Shown one piece after another: positions 11,240 through 19,168 of a stretch of DNA of 19,168 nt. The translations under genes and the position numbers were made by a program. How positions within the stretch are numbered: the stretch's first letter is position 1; each line of letters opens with the position of its first letter. The notes beneath the pieces were generated by a model. That model saw only the letters and a program-made list of their open reading frames with translations, was not told the origin of the DNA and did no database searches. Source of the DNA: Fonticula alba ATCC 38817 (Eukaryota > Protista > Nucleariida); assembly GCA_000388065.2 (NCBI GenBank), contig KB932205.1, one strand, 5' to 3'.

Positions 11240-12227
11240 GATGCTACCGCGCCTGAAGGAGGGGAGGGAGCAGATAAAAGGAGGAGAAAGGGAGCGAGGT
11301 GGAAAGGGGGGGGGAGGAGAAGGATGCGCTTGATCGGGCCTGACTTGCGTCCTGGGAGTGGCCGCGATAAACCTCCCCCCGGATCGTATCCCACCGCCGG
11401 CCAGCGAGGCTGGCAAGGCGCCCCCCTCCCCAACCCCGAGAGACACAGCACAGACCGAGCGCGCCGTCAATGGGCAAGGGAGCCGGGAGGCTCCATGGCA
11501 TTAGTACGCCGCCGCAGGGCCCAGCTGGCAGCCCTGGACAGAACGTGTTCCGCGTGTGCCGGACGCGCCTCGCAGGCCGCTCCGGGCCTGCGCGCATGCG
11601 CGCCTGGAGGCGCGACTGCGCGACGATCGGTCCCATGGAGCGCGCACGCGCGTCGGTGGCAAATGTGTGATCGGATCGGGGATTTTGGTCGAAGATCTGG
11701 CCTTCGCATCTGCTTCTGGAGATCCTCCAGAACAGATGGTTACACATGCGCCCAACAAACACCGAGAGCGGAACGTGCCATCTCTCCCACGGGGGGCCGC
11801 TCGGGGCGTGAATGTGCGCGTGCGTGCGTTTTACGATTCTGCCCTCCGAGCATGTTGCACCATCGCGCCTCCAACGGGGAGGAAAAAGCCCGGGCTGAGG
11901 CGCGCCCCACATCCGAAGACAGGGAAGGGGCCCGGGAAAGGGGAGAGGGAGCAAGAGGGGAGAGGGAGGGGTGTGGTGCGCCGGGGGGTACTGTATTATG
12001 CAAGGGCCGCCAAGGCCGAGTGAAAGAGAGGGGAAGGGAGAGATAGGTAGATAGAGGGGGCGCATGCCGAGAGGCGAGGAGTGGAGGAGGAGGAGGAGGA
12101 GGAGGAAAAGACGGAGGAGAGCAGGAGGAGGAGGGAGGCGAGGACAGAGGGGAAGCCCGCCACCCGCCGGGTGGCCGCATGCCCGGGTCTCCCAGGCTCT
12201 CGTTCATTTGCACGCTGCTGGTCCCCC

Positions 12228-14205
12228 TCAGTTGGCGGTGGCCGGGGGGGCGGCATCAGACTCGTCGGCGGTCTCGGCGCTGCCGTCAGGGGCATCGACC
12301 TTTGGCGTCGTGGAACCCATGTACGCCTTGGCCGTGTCGACCGGGCGCGCCTGGCCGAAGGGGTTGGTCGAGGAGCTGCTGATGTAGGTGGTGGTCCGAG
12401 CGGGGGCCGGGGTGGTGGCGGAGCCGCTGGCAGGGCGCCAGGCAATGGGCTCGCCTGGTGTGTCGCAAGCCAAAGAAGCGAAGAGGCAGAAGGGGGGCTA
12501 TTAGCAAGACGGTCGCTGGCAACGGGGGATCCCCGAGGGGATCCGAGGGGGCGGGCGGGGGGAGGGGGGGGGGATGCGCACGAGGGGGGGTAATGCGAGC
12601 CGGCTCGACGAAGACGATCGGGCTGTTGGGGATGTCAAGGCGGAAGGGGGTGTTGTTGCGAGACCCGATGACTGAATGGCGAGGGATCGAGGAGAGGAGT
12701 TGGGGGGAGGGCGCAACCAACGGCGAAGGGCGGTTAGAGGATTATTGGGGGGGGGGGGGGATGGGGGCCAGTGACTGAAGGAAGCTGGAAGCGAAGGACC
12801 ACAGTAAAGGAAGAGGCGAGGAGGGAGGGTCTCGACGTACTGTGAGAGAGAGCGTCGGCAGACTCGACCTCGAAGCGGCAGCACAAGGAAGACTTGACCT
12901 GGAAAATGTTGACATTGGAAACCTGCGGACCGGTGGGGTCGGGTGTGGAAGCATGGCGAGGCGGCACACGGCGAAACGTCAGAAGGATAGTTCTCCACAT
13001 GTGAAGACAACAAAAGGCCATTGGCATGAGGGAGAGGGAGGGGGAGGGAGAAAAGAGAGGAAGGAAAGGCCCGAGGAGTGTGGCGTACAGCGTGCGGCGA
13101 GGCGAAGTGCTCAATATCCTCAGGCGTGGTGCCCTCCGGCAAGCCACGGACGAAGGTCACGAAGGGCGGCGAAGCGGGCACAGGCGGAGGGCCCGAGGGG
13201 CGAGAGGGCTGCGCGCGGAAGCTGGACCGCATGAGGGGCGCAACACCATCGCGCATGGGGGCCGAGCGGCGGTCGTCATAGTGCTGGCGACGGTCGTCAT
13301 AGTGCGAGGGGCTGTGGCGGCGATCGTCGTAGTGCGAGGGGGCATGGCGGCGATCGTCATAATGCCGGCGGTCATCGAACTGGCGGCGGTCGTCGTAGTG
13401 CCGGCGGTCGTCAAACTGGCGGCGATCATCGTAGTGCCGGCGGTCATCGAACTGGCGGCGATCGTCGTAGTGGTGCGCCGGTGCGTGGTGCTGGCCGCCA
13501 TGGTGCGGGTGGAAGGGGGCATGCGCCGGGGCATGGTGAGCGCCGGCGTTGCGGTCGTCATAGTGGTGCTGCTGGTGCTGCTGCTCGCCGCGCTCGAAGT
13601 GCCCGTCATGGAAGCGGTCCCCACCGCGCGGGTGGTGCTGGTGGTGGTGGTGGTGGGAGTGACCGCCGGGCGGGGGGAAGCGCCCGTCACCATGGCGGCT
13701 CATGTCCGACCGGCTGAAGCCATCGCCACCGTGGTCACCGCCGCGGCGGTGGTGGTGATGGTGGCCGCCATGGCGCCCACCGCTCAGGCTGGCATTGTGA
13801 AGCTGGTGGCTGAGCTGCTCAGTCGAGCGAATGGGCTGGGCCTCGGCTGTGAGGCGCATCCCAGGCATCCGGATAGGCGGGGAGGGATGGAGGGGGTAGG
13901 TGTGTGGGAGGCCGAGAGGTTAGCGTGGGGAGGTTGTTGGTCGTCGTGGCCGTTTCTCGCGAGGGCAACGAAGCGAAGGGGTGGGATAGAGAGAGAGAGA
14001 GGGAGGGAGAGGGAGGGAGAGGGAGGGAGAGGGAGAGAGAAACATGCGCACACTCAAGCATGGGGCGGTCATCGACCTCGCCATCCCAGCAGGGGGTAGT
14101 CTGGAAAGCCTCCAGCGAGAAGGTGGAGGACTTCTGCGCCTTACGGCGAGAGGCCGAGGTCTGAGTGGGCTTCTTGGGGGTCTCGGAGGAGACGGAGGAC
14201 GACAT
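12228..14205 (-). CDS. EIF4B: Eukaryotic translation initiation factor 4B-like protein, 5 exons, ~436 aa
   Basis: Exons 14205-14052, 13846-13089, 12922-12841, 12671-12582 and 12454-12228 join in frame (1311 nt). The N-terminus RRKAQKSSTFSLEAF...CWDGEVDD matches eIF4B KKKNKKGKTISLTDF...SWADETDD. The RRM begins PPFVTFVRGLP (eIF4B PPYTAFLGNLP). The C-terminal NPFGQARPVDTA matches the eIF4B/Tif3 FGGAKPVDTA repeat. Confidence 0.85.
13266..13472 (-). repeat. Coding tandem repeat (HYDDRR/QFDDRR units) inside the eIF4B-like gene
   Basis: Ten consecutive [YF]DDRR units: three 36-bp HYDDRRQFDDRR units, then 30-bp HxPSHYDDRR units, with synonymous variation between copies. Confidence 0.95.
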
Positions 14206-14241
14206 GGCAAAAGACGAGTGGGAAGGAGGGAGGAGGAGGGG

Positions 14242-14276
<35 letters not shown>

Positions 14277-14282
14277 GGGGGG

Positions 14283-14395
14283 NNNNNNNNNNNNNNNNNN
14301 NNNNNNNNNNNNNNNNNNNNNNNNNNNNNNNNNNNNNNNNNNNNNNNNNNNNNNNNNNNNNNNNNNNNNNNNNNNNNNNNNNNNNNNNNNNNNNN
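14283..14395. other. Assembly gap (N run)
   Basis: Run of n preceded by a long poly-G. Confidence 0.99.
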
Positions 14396-15237
14396 GGAGG
14401 GGGAAGGAAGGAAGGGGGGGTATGCACGGCCAGGGGCGAATGGAGGAGGAGGGGGGTGGCGACGCGGACGGGCGTCCTATGGGGGGGCACATGGCCGGCC
14501 GAAAAGGGCATCATAACTCGCGGGGATAGCGACAAAGGCGGTTCGACGTGCGTGCATACGTGTGTGTTGTCTGTGTGTGGGGTGCGTGCGCGCGTGCCTG
14601 CATGTGCGCGCATGCGCGTCCACGCGTCCACATGTGCGAGAGCCCCGGAAATGCGGCCAGACCAAGGGAAGCGGCTAGATCTCACCCGCGTTGGGGCGGC
14701 ACCATTCCCCTCGCCGCCACTCCCCACTACACCCGGGCCCCCCTGGATGGCGGGAAAAGACACCCACGGTGTGGTGCCTGGCGAATGTACATATCCAGGC
14801 CGCCTCTCTGGCGGTGGCGACGACGGCGCTGCCGCGGGTCGCGAGAAGAAGGCCATGGCCGGCGATCCGGTCTCCCGCGCGGAGCCGACTCCCGGGCCGG
14901 CCAAGCCCGAGCCGTGCCAGTCACGCTGCTAACGCACGGGCCCGGGGCGGGGGCGGGGAGAGAGACACACGCCCTTTACATTCGGCAGCGACAGGGGCCC
15001 CAGCGCCGAGTAACGTTTTCGCGGAAGCGCCCAGAGCCGGGCGGCACTTGCCCGGGCCTGTGCTCGGTCCGGGCCCAGCGACGCACGCCTGGCACCCATC
15101 GCAGCCGCTGCAGGGGGGGGGAGGGCCGGGGGCCCGGCCCATTCGCCAGCCCCGGTGGACATGTCGACGCACGAGTGTACGCGCGTGTCAGCTGCAGTGG
15201 AGATATATGACTAGCGACTCCCCCCCCGCCCCCCCCC

Positions 15238-15271
15238 CCCCCCCTCCGCCAAGGTGCCGTGGGCGCCCCTC
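15238..15271 (+). repeat. 34-nt direct repeat, copy 1 (copy 2 at 17398-17431)
   Basis: CCCCCCCTCCGCCAAGGTGCCGTGGGCGCCCCTC is identical at both positions; copy 1 ends exactly at a gap edge. Confidence 0.9.
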
Positions 15272-15991
15272 NNNNNNNNNNNNNNNNNNNNNNNNNNNNN
15301 NNNNNNNNNNNNNNNNNNNNNNNNNNNNNNNNNNNNNNNNNNNNNNNNNNNNNNNNNNNNNNNNNNNNNNNNNNNNNNNNNNNNNNNNNNNNNNNNNNNN
15401 NNNNNNNNNNNNNNNNNNNNNNNNNNNNNNNNNNNNNNNNNNNNNNNNNNNNNNNNNNNNNNNNNNNNNNNNNNNNNNNNNNNNNNNNNNNNNNNNNNNN
15501 NNNNNNNNNNNNNNNNNNNNNNNNNNNNNNNNNNNNNNNNNNNNNNNNNNNNNNNNNNNNNNNNNNNNNNNNNNNNNNNNNNNNNNNNNNNNNNNNNNNN
15601 NNNNNNNNNNNNNNNNNNNNNNNNNNNNNNNNNNNNNNNNNNNNNNNNNNNNNNNNNNNNNNNNNNNNNNNNNNNNNNNNNNNNNNNNNNNNNNNNNNNN
15701 NNNNNNNNNNNNNNNNNNNNNNNNNNNNNNNNNNNNNNNNNNNNNNNNNNNNNNNNNNNNNNNNNNNNNNNNNNNNNNNNNNNNNNNNNNNNNNNNNNNN
15801 NNNNNNNNNNNNNNNNNNNNNNNNNNNNNNNNNNNNNNNNNNNNNNNNNNNNNNNNNNNNNNNNNNNNNNNNNNNNNNNNNNNNNNNNNNNNNNNNNNNN
15901 NNNNNNNNNNNNNNNNNNNNNNNNNNNNNNNNNNNNNNNNNNNNNNNNNNNNNNNNNNNNNNNNNNNNNNNNNNNNNNNNNNNNNNNNNNN
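15272..15991. other. Assembly gap (N run, 720 nt)
   Basis: Run of n followed by a long poly-G. Confidence 0.99.
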
Positions 15992-17117
15992 NGGGGGGGG
16001 GGGGGGGGGGGGGCACAGGGCGCCGCCCGCGCCGTCCGCGCCGTCTCGATCTGTTCTACAGAAGCGCCGGGGCCGCGGCAGTATGCGGGCCAGGACTCGC
16101 GCCAGTATGCGGGCCAGACTCGTGCCTCCCTCGCCCCCGCCCGCAGGGTGGATGGAGACCGCATGTCCTGGGTCGGCCGCGGTGCCGGAAAAAAAGCTGA
16201 CAGAGCCGGCCCCGAACGCACGAAGGGTCGACCGAGCGCGAGGGAGAGGGAGACAGAGGGAGAGAGAGAGAGAGAGCGAGGGTAGGCCGTCCGAATGCAT
16301 TGGCAGATGGCTGTTTGGCCAGGGTCGCCCGCCGCCCGCACCCCAAGGGCTCCGCGAAGGGAGGCCGAGCCACCCCCGCCTCCCCTGTCTGGACCCCCTT
16401 TGTGCGGGAGCTCGCCCCCCCTCTCTCCCGGTTGGTAACTCCGTCGCCGGGGGGCAGGTTCGTTTTGATCTAACCCTCTTGGGGAGGGAGCCGAGGGCGA
16501 ACCCTGGGCCCGTGCCGCGCGTGTCCCCGCGAGACATGCATGTGACCTTTCCACCGGCACAACGCCGACCCTGCAATGTGCGTGCGCCATCCCCGCCGGC
16601 AGTACGTTCCCGCTGGTCCGGCGGACGGGAGGGAGACTGCCGCCCTCTCGCTGCACCAACAGGCCCAGCTCCCGGTCCGTACTCCACATCAGGGGGGTGG
16701 GGGAGCATCGCCGAAGAAAAAAAAAACACCCACACGGGGACCATGAGAACGATCGGCAGCCGGCACAGGCTCTCCGATATACTGGCATGTATTATTTATT
16801 TGACAGAGAGGCCAACGTGGGCGCTTGGCGTGCTTCAGCGCCTCTCCAGGGCGCCGCGGGCGCTGGGGGCTAGCTGGAGTGCGGCCGGCCATGGGCGAGA
16901 TGGCTCCGATCGTGAGGCTGACGATCCCTCCTGCCAGGGGACCGGGTTGCCCCCGAGAAGGCCTCCGCCCTGCCCCGGATCAAAGTCCTCCAGTGCAGGC
17001 TGAAAGGGCACCAGGGCCTGCGACGGGCACACCGATCCTGGAGGGCACCCTCCCCCTCTGCCCTATTCCCCCCCCCCCCCCCCACCCCCCTACACTTGAC
17101 GAGAGAGAGAGATCGAT

Positions 17118-18877
17118 ATGTCCGCCTCCCCTGCCCGCATTCCCCTCGGTGGGCCGACGGCCAAGCTTCCGTCCGACTCGGTGTTCCGCATCGAGATCAA
17201 CAAGGACCGGCATAAGTTCGGCTGCGCCCACTGGACCTTCTTCGCTCCGGATCCCCAGGAGGCCGGAAAGGAGGACGGCCCGGTGCGCGCCGAGTGCGAG
17301 CGCCTCCACGGGCACAACTACTATATCCGGGTGTACTTCCATGCTCGCGGGTCCCTGACCCATGGTGCGCCAGCCGGATGCGCCTCTGTCCCCCCCGCCC
17401 CCCCTCCGCCAAGGTGCCGTGGGCGCCCCTCTTTTGCCCGGGGAACGTGGGCTTCCACATGCGCATACAGTCACAGCAAATGGTCCTGGCCAGCCTCAGT
17501 GTGACGAGAGGGCCCGGGATGATGCAATTCCTGGCGAAAGTCAGAACGGATCCAGCCGGGGGGGGGGGGGCGGGGGCGAGCCGGCCCGGGGTGCCAGGCC
17601 GTGCACCCTCAGCACCTGCCCGGAGAGGGTGGCATAGCTGATCCCGGTTTCGGCGCCGGGGAATGGGCTGGGCCGAGGCCGGCCGCCGTTCGGCTCGCAG
17701 GTTGGCCGGGGGCCGAAGGGGGGNNNNNNNNNNNNNNNNNNNNNNNNNNNNNNNNNNNNNNNNNNNNNNNNNNNNNNNNNNNNNNNNNNNNNNNNNNNNN
17801 NNNNNNNNNNNNNNNNNNNNNNNNNNNNNNNNNNNNNNNNNNNNNNNNNNNNNNNNNNNNNNNNNNNNNNNNNNNNNNNNNNNNNNNNNNNNNNNNNNNN
17901 NNNNNNNNNNNNNNNNNNNNNNNNNNNNNNNNNNNNNNNNNNNNNNNNNNNNNNNNNNNNNNNNNNNNNNNNNNNNNNNNNNNNNNNNNNNNNNNNNNNN
18001 NNNNNNNNNNNNNNNNNNNNNNNNNNNNNNNNNNNNNNNNNNNNNNNNNNNNNNNNNNNNNNNNNNNNNNNNNNNNNNNNNNNNNNNNNNNNNNNNNNNN
18101 NNNNNNNNNNNNNNNNNNNNNNNNNNNNNNNNNNNNNNNNNNNNNNNNNNNNNNNNNCCTGCAGTCCACCGTCCTCCCTGCCATCCACCACCCCTGGCGC
18201 CCGGTCCACTGACATGATGCCGCCGTGTCGCCGCCCCTCCCCCTCTCGATGTGCCCGAAGGCATGGTCCTGCCCTTCGACAAGGTGAAGCGTGTTCTCGA
18301 TGAGGCTTGCCGCGAGTGGGATGAGCACATTTTCATTGCCGGGGTACGTCTGCACCGACATGTGTTCTGCTCCGGCCTCCTCGCCATGTGGCCAGGGGAG
18401 CGTGGCGTCAACGGCGCACCCTCGTATTGCCACCCCCCTCCCTCGATGTGTCCCGGTCTGAGGGGCGGAAATGCTCCCACCAAACACGCCAGCCTCCTCT
18501 ACGCCCCTCCCCCTTCCCCTCCTCCGCGCTCCTTCGACAAGCGGTGACTCACCCCCTCTTCTCTTTCCCCTCTTCAAAAGGACTCTCCCTTCCAAACGGT
18601 GTCCCTCATTGGCGAAGACCAGTCCGAGGTGGAAGTGGTCTTCGGACCGCTCCATGGCCCTCGGCGCTATGTCTTCCCTCTGTCGGAGTGCAAGATCTTG
18701 CCCTGCGACAACATCACCAGCGAGTGGCTGGCCGTGCTGCTGGCCCAGAAGTGCGCATGCTTCCCCCGTTCGCCCCTCCTGCGTCGCCCCGCTGTCCTCC
18801 TGCTCCAGCCTGAGCCCCCTTTCTCCCTCCCTTCCTCTCTCCCTCTCTCTCTGACACACGCACACACGCGCGCACAT

Positions 18878-18947
<70 letters not shown>

Positions 18948-19037
18948 TCTCTTTCTCTTTCTCTCTCTCTTTCTCTTTCTCTTTCTCTTTCTCTTTCTCT
19001 TTCTCTTTCTCTTTCTCTTTCTCTTTCTCTCTCTCTT

Positions 19038-19115
<78 letters not shown>

Positions 19116-19168
19116 CCTCTCTTTGACTCGCCATCATCATGGCCGCCACCGCGGTCGCTGCTCAGGCT
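17118..19168 (+). CDS. 6-pyruvoyl-tetrahydropterin synthase-fold (COG0720, PTPS/QueD family) enzyme, PTPS-III-like long form; 3'-incomplete
   Basis: Exons 17118-17364, 18261-18343, 18581-18750 and a probable start of exon 4 at 19166; phases are consistent, but intron 1 contains an N-gap. Protein: ...KFGCAHWTFF...CERLHGHNYYIRV...GMVLPFDKVKRVLDEACREWDEHIFIAGDSPFQTV...RYVFPLSECKILPCDNITSEWLAVLLAQK. It has the Zn-binding AH + HGH residues, the G(M/Y)VxxF motif and the T/S-E-x-L-A motif of the T-fold family. Confidence 0.92.
17724..18158. other. Assembly gap (N run) within PTPS intron 1
   Basis: Run of n preceded by a G-run. Confidence 0.99.
18879..19124. repeat. Compound (CT)n/(TCTCTT)n polypyrimidine microsatellite in PTPS intron 3
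   Basis: About 246 nt of C/T only, made of (CT)n flanks around a hexamer block. Confidence 0.97.

Larger units (their letters stand above)
14700..16892 (-). other. Possible unresolved spliced gene, interrupted by a 720-nt gap; product unknown
   Basis: Intron-like tracts at 14940-14965, 16240-16280 and 16713-16735 are pyrimidine-rich on the minus strand and alternate with non-repetitive GC-rich blocks. There is a candidate ATG at 16892. I recognised no protein motif. Confidence 0.25.

Noticed and set aside
13266-13472. Regularly spaced repeats resembling a CRISPR array
   Set aside because: Units are 18-36 bp, in frame, vary at synonymous positions and have no unique spacers; eukaryotic coding repeat with no cas genes.
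13026-14099. 357-aa plus-strand hydrophobic Val/Ala-rich ORF that looks like a membrane protein
   Set aside because: Reverse complement of the His/Asp/Arg codons of the eIF4B repeat region.
14500-14560. GGTTCGA T-loop-like motif
   Set aside because: No acceptor stem, D-arm or anticodon arm can be folded around it, so it is not a tRNA.
16740-16805. Possible C/D-box snoRNA (ATGAGA...TTGA)
   Set aside because: Both boxes are non-canonical and there is no terminal stem.
14691-17003. Long ORFs (770, 525, 518, 428 and 422 aa) containing X runs
   Set aside because: They are open only because they read through N-gaps (some cross the 17724-18158 gap instead of this one).
18240-18545. Short shared words (CTCGATGTG; CCTTCGACAAG) between PTPS exon 2 flank and intron 2
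   Set aside because: Only 9-11 nt and not collinear, so not enough to support an exon duplication.
18599-19149. Poly-(SL/SF) and poly-(ER/EK) ORF tails, and similar VCVC/HTHT stretches elsewhere
   Set aside because: Translations of intronic microsatellites.
466-19168. Functional gene cluster or novel multi-gene system
   Set aside because: The five genes (NHEJ, Pol III transcription, mitochondrial translation, cytosolic initiation, pterin metabolism) share no evident pathway; this is ordinary eukaryotic neighbourhood with no transposase, integrase, terminal repeats or compositional island.

Overview
GC-rich, intron-rich EUKARYOTIC genomic DNA from a draft assembly with three N-gaps; it is not prokaryotic or viral. 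The style is reminiscent of a protist such as Fonticula, but that is inference only. I reconstructed five spliced genes by hand, and every internal exon join is phase-consistent. Minus strand: XRCC4 (NHEJ), TFIIIC subunit GTF3C4/tau60, mitochondrial tyrosyl-tRNA synthetase and an eIF4B-like factor. Plus strand: a 3'-incomplete 6-pyruvoyl-tetrahydropterin-synthase-fold (COG0720) enzyme. Most long entries in the ORF track are antisense shadows or microsatellite/gap read-throughs. The most notable points are (i) the PTPS-fold enzyme has a CEx2HGH active-site motif (dual QueD/PTPS-III type) on a Plasmodium-like long scaffold rather than the animal BH4-type Cx5HGH, (ii) the eIF4B has YDDRR repeats before a degenerate RRM and a short C-terminus, (iii) the TyrRS has a ~110-aa insertion in its catalytic domain, and (iv) 19 of 21 inferred splice donors have C at +4 and none has A. 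I found no mobile element, CRISPR array, rRNA or tRNA, and no evidence for a coherent novel multi-gene system. The 14.4-17.0 kb interval is unresolved.
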